A program made the translations under genes and the position numbers. This document shows positions 44,901 through 57,416 of a stretch of 64,000 nucleotides of DNA, piece by piece. Under the pieces are notes generated by a model. That model saw only the letters and a list, made by a program, of their open reading frames with translations. It searched no databases and was not told the origin of the DNA. This DNA comes from Eutreptiella sp. 'Long Island Sound 2002' (lineage: Eukaryota > Protista > Euglenida), in assembly GCA_964036045.1 (NCBI GenBank), contig OZ038378.1, positions 65,162,001-65,226,000 of the forward strand, read 5' to 3'. Each line of letters starts with the position of its first letter. Positions within the stretch are counted from its first letter, which is position 1.

Positions 44901-47560
44901 GGCTCTTTGCGTTACGGCATGGCGCACCTCCACCGGGCTACGTTGCAAGAATCTTCACGGGCAAGCGCACGCTCCACCTGTAGAATTCCGACGCTGTGTC
45001 AGACCTGCGGTCCGCACTGCCGCATGCACACTATACTATATCTGTCCTGCAATGTCTGGTATCCTCGGACCTGATCTCCACCGCAAACGAGACGATTAAG
45101 TCCATACTCTACCTCCAATCATTCCACATCAATTACCCACGTGCACGGAGAATTATTCACCCAGCGGACGTATGGCTGGCTTTCGAGAACAACCCGCCGC
45201 CCCTGGTCTCCACCATGGAATCAACCCTCCATATTCCATGGGGCAGCACCCAACGTGGCGCACGTGGCGCAGAGATTTAGTTGTTTGGCATGAACAAGGA
45301 GCTGCCATTTTTATTCGCGGGCCCATTTGTCTAGCCTCACTCCTTGTACTGTTGAGTTTAACTGTTGCCCCAAGGTTGTTCCTTGAAACCGACCATGCTT
45401 TGAGCCCCAAACCGCGCAAGACAAGGAACTATACAACGGTCATTTGGTGCTATTGGAAGATCCCCCTCTTAAAGCTCTGTCGTGGCATATGGTAGCCAAG
45501 GATTATCTCTCCTTTGGGGGCTTTGGGGGAGGTGTGTTAAACCTAGCCCCTTACGGGTAAATGCTCCCGTAAATTAGTGCACGGCACTACTACTCCCTGC
45601 CTCTTGTTAAAGTGGCAGGCTCCTGACATACCGTGTGCTTAGCACCAAGGGGAACACCCGTTGAGAGGTTGAACCCGGCCCACCACATCCAGGGACCTTG
45701 GAGTATTGTGCTTTGCACATCTAATAACAATTTCAATGAGGGAAAGCCATGGTTGTAGTTGTGTCACAATTTGCATTGTATGCTTTACATGCTTTGAAGA
45801 TGGGGTGTGGCCTAATCTGTGTCACAACATCAGAATCCGGTTGTTGTGGGGTATGCGTGTGGTTGTTATGTTGTTATAGTTGATAACCTTCCACAGGAGG
45901 AGCCTTTGCCACCTGACAATCATCAACCATAGATGTGTACCACCACTTGCACCCCATTCTCCCGAATGTGCAAGGTCCCGCCACGTACCCAAAAAGGTTG
46001 TTTGGTCTTTGGAATTTTTTCAGTAACGGCGGGAGCTTCCAAAAGGCATCATGGATCTAGGGTGTTGGTAACATTGCCAAGACATGGCCTTGAGTACCTG
46101 TGAAATCGAAAAAGTTGGTTCTTTACATGTTGCCTTGAAAACACCCCGCTTTATGGTACAACATGCCGCAAAGGAAATTACCTTCAAATATATATGGAAT
46201 GGAGGGAAACCAAAGCTCACAAAACCTTTCCATGTCGAAGCAGTGAAGTCGACTACATGTTATTGAATTTCGAGATGGACGCATAGATGGGTGAAATTCT
46301 GTTGTGCGTGCACTTGTGCCTCTATGCAGGGAGAGTGGACGAGCGTTTATGTCACCATGTTATAAACAATGTACATTGCTAATGAATGAGAGGAACGGAA
46401 TGAGACATGGTTCATTTTGGTAGATCAAGAGGAGTGAGGGGCCACATGTGGTTCCAAAATGGTGCAACGGCACACCCGCAAGAACGCCATGCACATTTAT
46501 CCGGGCAACAAATCTATTCTGGAGGAAGTTGCTTGTGCTTATGTAGGGGATGTGGATGTGCACTCATGGCTGCTTTGTCTTTCTAAACGACCCTGGTTGG
46601 TTTGATTGAAACAATGCCCGAACACGCACTTGCCTACCCACCTGTTCCACGACACCAAAATGTGCAATGGCGCAAATATGCAACCACATGCAAGTTGATT
46701 CTTGTGAAAGCTGGTCGTCCCATGCGTGGTGTTTCCTAGATTCAAAACGATAGGTTCACGTCCCTATGTTCCAATGCAGAGGATTCCTACCCTGGAGATA
46801 ACACACACAAGTGTGAATTTGGCAGGTTGCAATGGGGCTTTTGTGGTGTCTTTTGAGGCGCATAACCACGATTGAACTCCTGTTTTGTACGGCAATTGTC
46901 CCTTTACCCGGCGCAGCACTTGCTGTCGAACCACTTTTGAGTGCTGCAAGATGCCGCATGGGATTGGCCATACGATGGACTCAGGCAGTTTTGCATTGAT
47001 TTTAGTCACAGGCAGTGCGTCATTCATACATCGCACGAGATGCATAATGTTGTGGCAATGCCACCGCACCCAAATTGGCTTCATATGTTTGCAAGTGTTC
47101 CACATGTGGCATACTTCACATGCATGTGTATGTCCTAGACTAAAAAGCTCCCGGCTGAGCTGTGCTCAAATCTAAGAGCAAATCAACACGTGCTTTCGAG
47201 AGCTTCGAAGATTCATGGTCAAGAGATTACTTACAATTTACAAAATGTGGAAACATTCGAAGCTGCATGGAAGTGAGATAACATGGGTGCTCAAAGGATT
47301 GACAATTACAGGCAGGGACAGAAGTCTCTACATTCTAGTCCGGTGAACTTATACACTATTGCACACTTGTCGCTCTAGTGTCGGTGAGTGCCACAACACG
47401 TATAGCGGAGACCCTTTGCTGTGGACGCTTCTTCAGAAGCTGACAACACTTACTAAGGTAATTTTGCAGAGTTGAGGTTCTGTCCAACTTCAAATGTTCC
47501 TCAAATCCGGCATCCAGTGCTAGGGAGAGCCACATTCCTTCCTCATCCGGCCTAGAGTAC
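41930..47560. repeat. Three diverged copies of a ~1-1.6-kb unit (two tandem, one inverted)
   Basis: Shared blocks GCAACCCTTGAGTGGTG (41975/43614), AGAGCAACCATGTTATC (about 42259/43867) and CACGCATCTCGTC.TATGTATGAATGACGCA (42496/44113; reverse complement near 47016). Confidence 0.8.
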
Positions 47561-48070
47561 ACATTGGAACCATTGCTCCCTTGAAACTCAAATTAGTGCG
47601 CGCATTCACCGTTTCTTGCAAATTCTCCCTAAGATGGCCAAATGAACCAAGGACCCTGGACCCTATTCCAATGTATTTGGCAAATGCTACCTGTTGTGAT
47701 TGTCAAGGAAATTTTATGCACCTTTGTTCAGCAATGTGTGAATTATTATTGTTACAAAGCAAAGGGGGAGCCGATCGGTCAGGTGCCTACAGTAACTAGG
47801 GGCCCTGTTTGTCAGTTTTAATGCTTTTTTGCAGTGGCTTGTGCCTAGTGGGATTGTTGTTGTACTACAACGGTTTGGACATGATTTGATGCTATTTGCC
47901 AAAGGACCCATCCGCGAGACAATTTATATTCAGTACCAAGATGAGCAGCCCTCGTGGCTATCGTCACCTGAGCACACCGTGGAGTGCCAATTGATCCACC
48001 TGGAGCACCATCAGCTCACAGTAGCCTCATTGGGGATCGAGCCAGCACAGCCAACGAACCAGGTGTACGG

Positions 48071-48632
48071 TGTGAGGTTTGAGGTTTGACGTTTCGGGTA
48101 CTAGACGTTCTTCGGCCCCGGGGAGCCACCTGCTCGGGCCAGGTGATATCCTCCCCGACGGGACCTAATGGGGGGCCCTTCATGACACACCTCCTGCCTG
48201 GTGGCGGAGTCCCCCGGGTTCACGGGGCTCGGAGTCCTGTCCCTCCCCGGCTTCCCCACTTCGCCACTCCCCGGTCAGTGCGTCACTTAGCAACCATGGT
48301 TGCAGGCGCTTACCCACTACGCCGCCCCCCTGATGCGTGGTCGCCCGGGCTGCCGGCGCCGCCGGGCCCGTGCTACTGGCTTGTCGCCAGTGGGACCCCC
48401 ATGGGCTGGCGCGGAGGCCGCCTGGCCGTGGGGCTGGTGCGTAGCACTGTGTGCTACTACTGCCTTGGCGGGTGTAGTGCCCTGGTCGTGTGTGCGCGGC
48501 GCTGGCGGCTGGCCTGGGCGGTCGGGGCCGGTGCCGGTTCTTGCGTCTCCCCTTGGGCTCCTCCGTGCCCTCGCGTCCCTCGCGGTGCGTGTTGTCCCGC
48601 CCGGGTGTCCCTTCCCTTCGCCTGCCGGTACA
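48071..48632 (-). mobile_element. 562-bp 5'-truncated retroposed insertion with 15-bp TSD and (TCAAACC)n tail
   Basis: TSD GAACCAGGTGTACGG at 48056-48070 and 48633-48647; removal restores the frame QPTNQVYG-LKLESAY. Confidence 0.9.
48087..48115 (-). ncRNA. Degenerate minimal hammerhead-ribozyme-like motif
   Basis: The minus strand reads CCGAAGA-ACG-TCTAGTA-CCC-GAAAC-GTC-A, resembling Penelope-type CTGANGA...GAAACGTC with a palindromic ACGT stem III. Core U4, stem II and stem I are imperfect. Confidence 0.4.
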
Positions 48633-48647
48633 GAACCAGGTGTACGG

Positions 48648-49065
48648 GTTAAAACTGGAATCGGCATACCAAGTAGTCACTAATGTCGGAGCATCAGATC
48701 TGGCCCGGGAGGCGTTCTTCTCTGGAACCTCCGCTCATCTGCGGGTGTGTGAGAAATACTGGAGCGCCCAAGACTCTGCCCCGAAGAAGCACTCGGGTGG
48801 ACATAAAGGTCTAATGTGGATCCATTGTTCCAGAGTGGATATACCAAGGGAGGTCGCGAAGATCCGCAAGGACCGTACCAAGGCAGTGCTCGTCGTCTCC
48901 ATCCGGTGTACCGAGGAGGAATGTTCCCAAGCTTGGATGGTTTCGTTGACCAACATGTCCCAGAACAAAGCCCTCCCACCGGCTGGAGAGAGTGTCTATG
49001 AAGACAATAAGAGACAGCCCATGCCACCCGAGAGATGGCCAACAAAATTCCACTATGCGGATTAA
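48648..49065 (+). pseudogene. DIRS-type N6-adenine DNA methyltransferase-like domain
   Basis: REAFFSG..AHL..CEKYWSAQDSA.KKH...LMWIHC..VDIPR.VAKIRKDRTKAVLVV...AW..SL..M follows the DIRS MT pattern (DLFAS...DAF...W...PP...RVL.KI...LV.P.W...W..L). The catalytic (N/S)PP(Y/F) position reads IHC. Second partial copy at 55066-55230. Confidence 0.6.
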
Positions 49066-49334
49066 TGCCTACAAGAGACCAACGCCACGCACTTCGTGTA
49101 TGTCAGCCGCGTGACAGCGGAGCCCTGGCGGCAAAGCTTAGCGGTTTCCCCCGCTGACATTGGCGACTCGGTGGATCTTCTCCCTGATGAGGAGCTGGAT
49201 CTGGTTCAAGGATATATGGATCGTCCCTTTCAGGACTGGGTAAGCCAGCGAGAGGAAAAAGGCCTCGACAAAGACTTGTGGGAAGTGGAAGCCATCGTCT
49301 CTGGTGCCTATGACAGGAATACCTTTCCAAGGAG

Positions 49335-52300
49335 CCCCAAAAGGAGGATTAGGCACGAAATTCCTGCCACACTCCGTCCACGCTGCGACTGTGAACTATG
49401 GTCTTCGAGCCCTTTCCGGCCTCACCCCAAAATCAGTTGGTCCTTTATACGCCCAGTCCATTCTTAGCCCAAATCAAAGGGCATCAGATCCCGTTCAGAA
49501 CTCTTTCATGGATTCTATTCACGCCCTGCATATTTCATTCCACAGCATAGGCCCGTGCAGACCCACTGCAATTCAGGATCTAAAACCTGGTACCCAACTA
49601 ACCATCAATTCAAGTCAGGGCACGCCATGGGTAGCGTGACCGAGGCCACTTCCAAGTGGGCCAATGTTTTGTTCCACGACGGGATCTACTCTGTGGACTC
49701 CCACACATCTTATACCATGCAAATGCCATGCCATGCCTTCATGCATTACTCCGGCCCTTCCCACTCTCAGCTGGTCCCTGAATTTTTGCGCCCTCAAGCG
49801 ACCATCCCCAAACCTCCAACGCCACCGCAGGACGCACGCGCGTTGGGGGTCAGCCGACACGGCCATCTCTTTGCTCTGCAGGTACAGCACTACCTTGAAA
49901 AGAAATCTCTCATCGAGTGGGGCTGCCACGATGCCTCACAAGCACTAACCAGACCGCTGGCACCCGGCTTGGAAGGTGTGTGGCTCTATGCTGAAGGAAA
50001 GCGGACCACGGGGAAAAGGGACACGGAAAAAAAAAAAAAAAAACCGAGAGCCACCAGCCCAGCCCGAAAGAAAGGGAATGGAGGGACAGGGACCACAAAG
50101 CCCGGGAAAAAAAACAAAAAGAAAAGAAAAAACCAAAGCGCAAAAAACACACCCCGACAACCCAGCCAAGAAGGGCTGGGCACAGGCGAGACCCGGGCCC
50201 AGCACACACGCCCACACCGCACGCCGGAACCAGAAACGGCGGGGGGCAAGCGGGGCGCCCACGAAACCACACACGTCCCAAAAGCAGGCCGAAACCGAAA
50301 ACCAACCACGAACACCACAAACAGCCGACACTAGAGGGACAACACCACAAACCGTGCCCAAACACACCCACCCAAGACCCCAGCCAGGACTGGCGGGGTT
50401 AACAAAACCCGCACCCAACCGCCAACCGGACCCAAACACAAACGCCACACAACAGTAGGAAACCCAGTGCCCACAGCCCGGGTACTGAGGCAGCCCGTGC
50501 CATGCAGGTGACCCGGCCAAACGAGATCCGGAGACCGGGGGTAAGGCTGCATCCTAAGGCCTGCGCTGCTTTGGGACTCGAGGCGGAGCGTGCGACACCC
50601 AAGCGCCTCGGAACCCTAGTACCAAGAACGTGCATGCACGCCTTGGGAACGGGATACGCCAGGAAGTCCGGTGAACCCCTAGGGTTCCGCCCAAAGGAGG
50701 GGACGTGCGCAAGCACGGGGGCACACCCTCCCGGCGAGACAAGCATGTCACGCTGGCGGCGATCAGCCCTCCCGGCGTAGCCCGGGGCCGCTTTGTTGGG
50801 GGCCAACAGTCAGGTCTAGCGGGAAGTAAGCCGCCTCCCCTCTTCACGCGCGAAGCCTCTTCCTGTTCGTCACAGGGGCGACGCCAGGGGGAACCATGGG
50901 GCGCCTCTCCACGACCGAGTGCACCTACCTACCTACCTCTATGCTGAAGGATCATCCGGTGAATCCGGCCATGCGGCCGCCATGACGGCCTTTGTGCCAG
51001 ACGACACAACCAGAGTTCTGTGCGTGTCCTCACCACATCCTTCTTCCCTGGGTTCGGGGTTCTGGGGGGCGATAGCAGCCATACGCTGGATTCACAGGGA
51101 GTTCCCACAGTACGAAGTGTGTCTCTCGATCGACAACAATCAGGTGGTGCCCATCCTCCAGAAATGCCAGGCCTCTGAGCCCGGCCCCTTCCGAGACGAC
51201 ACCTGGACCATCGCAGTGCACAGCGCCCTACGTCTCATCGTCAACCCACTCCACGTTCTGTGGATTAAAGGGCATGCCAATTTTGTTGGCAACAAAATCA
51301 GCGACCATTTCTCAAATGGGCAGCTCACAGCCTGATTTTCCCTCCCGACCTACTCCCGCCCCCCCCCCCCCCCCCTGGGTTCAGTGGCGGTACACCACCT
51401 GCCTGTCCTTCATAAATTCAAAGCGCAGCAATTCCGCCACCTACTGCCGCCACATTCCCAAAACAACATAGCCGTTGGCCCTAGCTTCAGCCTTTACAAT
51501 AAGGCTTCCTGGTTTTAATCCCTGTTATTCAAATTGGCGACCGGGTGCGATAATGTGCACGGCTATCAATGGTGCAACATGACTCACGACTACACTTGCC
51601 CAAGGTGCAGACAGCACTATCTGCACCTGTCCTGTGTCCTGCCTGGCTTTCTGCACAGCACTACACCAGCACGTCCAGGCATACATCTCTTCCTGGGGCC
51701 CGCTTTTCAGTCCCCTGGTCCTGCACTGGTAGGTCTCTGGGCCCTCAAAGGCCGACCGCAGGAACTTCATGAGAACCCTGGTGCCAAGGTCCCTCTGGTC
51801 CTGCCTATCTCAGCCCATCCCAGGCTCCACTCACGCTGAGCACAGAGCCACATTTGGCCAAGCCCTCGCGGAGCGGGTAAAGCGCATGGAAGGGGCTGTC
51901 CGTCAAGCACATGACTGGCTGTGTTTCACTCCTCTTCCGTGGGATCCTATACTGTGGGCCCACCCTCCCGACCCTCTCAATCCTTTCTCGGTTTCACACG
52001 GTGCATTCAGCACCTGTGTCCCAATGCCCACCCGGACCCGCCCCACATACCAACACCCCCCACCTCTCCTCAGGCATGCCTTGAAGAAGCCAACCAAGTC
52101 AGGTCCAACCAAACCACAGCCAGCCATCTGCCGCACGCCTAGAAACTCCAAGCGCCCATCCAGCCACGCATCGGCACCGCCTCAGCCTCCCCCCTCCTCA
52201 GCTATTCCACGTCCTACTCAACACTCGCGCCCGCGGCAACCACAAAAACGCCTACGGTTGCCACAGCGCAATCAGACCACCATCACTTGGGCGCGCCCCA

Positions 52301-52712
52301 AACGCAAAAAAACCATCCGCCCTCTCTCATCCCCGCGCCCCAGAGCACGCTACCGTCAAACACGCTTACCCCTCACCTCTAGGCCTACCTCTACTAGGTG
52401 CAACGGACCGTCTGCCCCTCCCCGTCACAGCGCCTCTCGGGACATCCAATTTTTTTCCGTCCATCGAGTGACTTTCTGTCCCCTCCACTCGACCCCTTCG
52501 ACCCTCTGCGCCTTCCCGAGCCCCCCCCCCCCCCGCTGTAGGTTAACGCAGCATTCGTCTAACCACACCATCAGAGCCAACACAACCTGCCCTTGGCAAG
52601 CCGCCTCCATGATGTATTATATGCTCCATGTGGTGTACATACTCTCATGAGGTCTTCTCTTGGGGGACGTCAGCCCCAGAACAAGTTGATGCGGTTAAGA
52701 ACACTAAAAAAA
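49335..52712 (+). mobile_element. 5'-truncated LINE with RNase HI domain, Cys-rich C-terminus and poly-A tail
   Basis: TSD AATACCTTT(..AAGGAG) at 49318 and 52713; poly-A at 52706-52714. RNase H: WLYAEGSS...GAIAAI...LSIDN...WIKGHANFVGNKISDHF. QWCN..HDYTCPRC near 51570. Confidence 0.85.
49999..50936 (+). mobile_element. 938-bp 5'-truncated non-LTR insertion with (CCTA)n tail inside the LINE RNase H
   Basis: 15-bp TSD CTCTATGCTGAAGGA at 49984-49998 and 50937-50951; removal restores WLYAEG-SSGESG. Confidence 0.92.
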
Positions 52713-53121
52713 AATACCTTTGTAAGGAGGATACTGGACCACATGTCCAGCCAAGACAAACAAATCAGCAGAAACCCACCCACCTGCGGTGATCTGTTGC
52801 GATGCAAGGCCGGAGATGGGCGATGGGCCACTTGGGGAGACCCAAGGAGCCAAGGGCGCGTAGGAATGACACTCCGCAAGTGTTATTAGGGGTTGAAGTG
52901 CCCGGAAGAGCCAAGGCAGAGTCTGATGAGAGCCTCAAGATACAGGCATTGAGGGGCACACTGAAAGGGAAGTACGGGAGTACCTTTGTCAGTGGAAAGG
53001 CTGTGTTCCCCCCATGAGTGTGTGGACGGTACTGCAAGGGCAAGATAGGACTCAAGCCAGACCACCGCGTGTATCGGCACCGGGAGTTCGCCCTCAGGGG
53101 CGGGAGGAAAGCGGCCATCGA

Positions 53122-55065
53122 CGTAGGTAGGTAGGTATCTTCGGCAACTTGGGATGCCTTCTTTGAGAACGCAGGAAGGAGGTCTTACCAGGGGGACGTC
53201 CTTTCCCTCCCACTCCCCGAGGTCAGGTGCCTCATAAGCCCCTCCCGCAGGCGCTTGGGAAGGCAGTGTTGTGGTCATCCGGTCCAGGTGTCCCGGGTAG
53301 GAGGGTGTCCCCAAATGTGTCCATGGGTAGGGTCACATGCCCCGTCATGCGGGAGGCAGCTCTGGGGGGCTGTCCAACCGTGTGGAGCTTTCTCTCACCA
53401 CCGGAGGTACTACCCCCGTTAGTCTGCGGTGCGTCCGCCTCACCCCTTTGGCCCGAGTTGCGGGGCCCCGCTGCTTGGCAGGTGAAGCTTTTCTGGGCTG
53501 TGTGCCGGCTCGCCTGTCATCTGTTGTTGCCATTGCTCCGGGTGCCATTTGTCATGGTCCCTGATGCAGCCTGGCTGGGCTGGGACCAGTGGCCTTGGTG
53601 TACTGCTCCTGCTACTGGCCGGGCGGGTCGGCTGGGTCGTTCCACTGCGTCCGACCCTTGGGGTGCGGTGTGTTGTGCCCTGTCCCTCTGCCGCCCTAGG
53701 TGTGTACGCAAGTGCGGTGTCCACGGCATCTTCGCTATTGTTCACCGGTGTGCGCATGCCGTGCGTCCTCTCTGCGCTGTCTGTGGCCACTCCGCGCTTG
53801 TTCACCGGTGTGCGCCTTGTGTGCGGCACACGCGTGGTGTTGGTGGCTTCGTTGGGGTCCCTCCCCCCTCCTGTTTTTAGTTTTTGTTGTTGCGCTGCAT
53901 GCTTTCTCGTTTTTTTTTGTGCCTTTTTTTGAAAAGGAGGAAAAGCGGAAAAGGCGCATGCAAACAGTACAGGCACAGCCATGGGCAGTTGGAGCAGCGG
54001 TGTAGCAGTGCTGTGTTCCTTGTCCTGGTGCGTGTTGCTGGTGCCTTCCTGGCGGCCGCGCCCAAAGGTGCGGCTCGCGTGTCATAATGTACATGGGCGC
54101 GGGTTAGTGCCGGTCCGACCGGGCGTTCCTTTGCGTCGTGGTTACGCTGGGGTTGGGGCTAGGGGGTACGACTCGCGGGTCAGGTGGTTCAGGCAGGTCA
54201 GCCGGATGTGATGGCCTCGGGTGTGGGCTCTGTCTACTTTTCCGCTTCTGTGGGCTGGGTCAGGCTCGGAGGGTTAGGGAATGTAGGGCGTGGTTTGTGT
54301 TCGTCGACTCCTGTCTCAGTTAAGCTTCGGGTGGGGGCCCCGGGCTTGATTTGCGGGTTCCTTGGTTTCTGCGGGTTAGGTGCATTTGACGGCTTCGACG
54401 TTTGGTTTTTCGCCGTCAGCCGTGGTGGGTGCTCGTCTGTGTGTGCGTTGGCGTCCGGCGGCTCCTGGTTCATGCGGCTTCTTCTGGGAGCGGCCCGGCG
54501 GCTTATTCCGTGTCGATGCTCGGCGGGGCAGCGGGCACTGAGTGGGTCACTGCAGGGAGCGATGCTGGGCGTTGTCGTCTGGCCAGGCCGGGTCTCGGGC
54601 GGTTCGTCCGGTTGGTTGGAACGTTGTTGCTGGCCGGTCGGGTGCCTCCGGCGCGGTGAGGCTTGATTGGGGTGCTTGCGAGCCGTGGTGGCTCGCAATG
54701 CCTTGTGGCCGGCTGGCCAGATTGGTTGGCGGACTGGAGTTGGGGCTGTTGGGTGCGGCAGCCTGTGGGGGCAGGGAATATCGTTGGCGCATCCCCCGTG
54801 GGGCCAGGCGGGGGCACCGCCGGCCGGAGGGTCAGGCGCGTCATGCTGTGTGGGGCGTGGGTATCCCAGGATGCTGCGTGTCGGGGTGGTGTCATTGCTG
54901 CCGGTATCCGTGCGTTGGCGCTTGCAGGGTGGTGAGGGGTTGTTTCTGTGTAGGGGTGGGCTTGGGATGATGTCCCACAGGCGCTTTCCTTCCTTCTGCG
55001 TCGCGTGGAGGGTCTCCAGCAGGGGCCTGACGACGTGCGGGTGGTCCTGGGGTGCGTCCCCATCG
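53122..55065 (-). mobile_element. About 1.9-kb non-LTR fragment with (CCTA)n tail
   Basis: GTAGGTAGGTAGGT at 53122; shares GC(A)TGTGACCC and CCCAAGCGCCT blocks with 49999-50936; no TSD. Confidence 0.7.
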
Positions 55066-55859
55066 GGTGTACCGAGGAGGAAGGTACCCAAGAATGGGTG
55101 GTTTCGTTGACCAAGATGACCTTGAACAAGGTCGCCCTACGGGCTGGAGAGAGTGTATATCAAGACGCTAAGGACAGCCCATGCTACGCCAGAGATGGCG
55201 AACGGAATTCCACTATGTGGATCAAGGCCTAGAAGAGGCCGAGGCCACGGACTTGGTGTATGTCAGCCGCATGATAGCAGAGCCCTCGCGGCAACGCTTA
55301 GCGGTTTCCCCTGCTGACAATAGCGAATCGGTGGATCTTCTCTCTGATGAGGAGCTGGATCTCCCTCAATGGTGAATGGATCAACCCTTTCATGACTGGG
55401 TAAGCCAGCGAGGCAAAAAAGGCCTGGACAAAGACTTGTGGGAAATGGAAGCCATCGTCTCTGGTTCCTATGACAGAAACACCTTTGTAAAGAGGATATT
55501 TGGACCACATGTCCAGCAGAGACGAACCAATCAGCAGAAAACTACCCACCTGCGGTGATCTGTTCGAGGACAAGGCCCGAGATCGGCAAATCGGCCACTT
55601 GGGGAGATCTCCAGAGCTGAGGGCGCGTGCTAATGACACCCCGCAAGTATGCTCAGTGGTTCCAGTGCCCGGAAGAGCCAAGGCAGAGTCCGATGAGAGC
55701 CCCAGGATCCAGGCATTGAGGGGCACGCTGAAAGAGAAGTACGGGAGTACCTTCGTCAGTTGAAAGGCTGTGTTCCCCCCACCAGTGTGTGGACCGTAAT
55801 GCAAGGGCAAGATATGACTGAAGCCAGACCCCGGCGTGTATCGGCGCCCGGAGATCGCA

Positions 55860-57170
55860 CTCAGATGCTAGAGGAAAGAAGCCATGGAGAAGATCCTACT
55901 GGACCGCATCGACAGAGGATGGGTAGAGTCCTGTCACTCCCATTTGTTCTCTCCTTGCTTTGTTGTACCCAAGAAGGTGGCTGAGGAGGAGCGGCTCGCG
56001 CTTGTAAAGGGCGGCCTAAACGCCCATACTCAGCACGACAGCTACACACTGCCTCATTGAGGAAACGCTGCAAAAGGGATTCCGGCAGAGAATCTTCACA
56101 GTGATGAACCTGAAACATGGTTCCCACGAGATGCCTCTCGCCGATGAGTCCCTTATCTGTACAGCCATGAGCACCCCACTCGGACCCCCCCAGTGGAAGG
56201 TGATGCCCACGATCGCCACAAACGGCAATCCGGCTTTTCTGCGGATGCTGGAGAACCTACTTGAGCTGGTGCCTGACTCTGCAGACCCCTTCCTCGACGA
56301 CGTGATCCTTGCGCTCGGGGATTCCAGCATGAGCTACGATGACCTGCTGGAGGCGCATGAGAGGGATGTCACCAAAGTGCTGGACCTCCTGGTTCAGCAG
56401 AAGCTCATTGGTAGCAGTGACAAGGCCATCATCGCAGTGAGCAAAGTTTTTTTTGCCGGCCACGTTTTTGACACTGGGCAACGGAAGCCCATACCTGGAA
56501 AGGTAGCGGCGCCTGAGCACCGGAAGACGCCCAAGATGGTGTCCGGGCTACGAGCATATCTGCGGCTCTGCAACTACTACTCGGTAAAATCTACGATGTA
56601 TGCCGAGTATGCAGCCCACATAACGGCCATGCTCAAGGGCAACCAGGAGGAGACCAGGAAGGGATCCAAGAAGATGCTGGTCTGGAAAGAAGAGTCGGAC
56701 CGTGCTGTTGAGCGGATGAAGCAGGCGCTGCTATCTGCAGTGGGTCTGCACCTCGTCGATCCGGCCCGAGGTTTTGTCCTGCGCACAGACCCATCCAACT
56801 GCGCGATCGGCGCGGTGTTGCAGCAGGTGCTGGATGATGGGAGGCACGTGCCCATGGTCTTCTGGAACCAAGTCCTGGCGGAGTGCCAGCCCCCGACGTT
56901 CACGCCCCGTGAGAAGGAGGCATATGCCATTATCATGGCTCTCAGGAACTGGGCCGCGTACATAGCCCTACATCCCGTCAGGGTCTGCACAGACCATCAG
57001 AGTCAGCAGTTGTTGCAAAAGGGGCACGTGGACACCCCCTCAGGACCAGCCTGCCAGAGAGCCAGATGGCACGACACCTTGGCCACTTTCTACTTTCCGG
57101 TGGTTTATGTTCCGGGAAAGGACAACAACATGGCGGACTGTGTCAGCAGGTGGGCCTATCCTGCTGAAGC
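55860..57170 (+). pseudogene. Ty3/gypsy reverse transcriptase and RNase H
   Basis: SPCFVVPKK, NLKHG.HEMPL, FLDD, FAGH, LRAYL.LCNYY, VLRTDPSN.AIGAVL, EKEAYAI, TDHQS and NNMADCVSRW; truncated after RNase H. Confidence 0.93.
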
Positions 57171-57416
57171 CGGTTCGGATCCCATTTGGCTGCCCTGTTC
57201 CATATTTCCGCGATTTCAGCGATTTCAGCAGTTTCGAGAATGATTTCAGGAGAAACCTGAATTCGTACTATTTATCATCCACAGGATGGAGGACTTTATC
57301 TTTTTTTGTTCAAACTAGGCGTGCTGTGTGTGTGCCCGCGCCCTTGTTGTGTTCCTGCTGGTGTGCGTGTGCTCTCTGTTCTTCAATGCGGGCGAATCGT
57401 CCAAAAATTCTTCATA

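Larger units (their letters stand above)
47930..57170 (+). mobile_element. Ty3/gypsy-type retroelement fragments (MTase-like domain, linker, RT, RNase H) interrupted by non-LTR insertions
   Basis: Pieces at 47930-48070, 48633-49334, 52713-53121 and 55066-57170 reassemble by TSDs and mutual homology. No LTR, protease or integrase seen. Confidence 0.8.

Noticed and set aside
44490-45500. LTR RNase H remnant (LETDHAL)
   Set aside because: A single short motif with no other ordered RNase H motifs.
49910-55130. Numerous GC-rich ORFs of 100-290 aa on both strands
   Set aside because: Low-complexity 3' regions of non-LTR inserts; only the RNase H and MT/linker frames have motif support.
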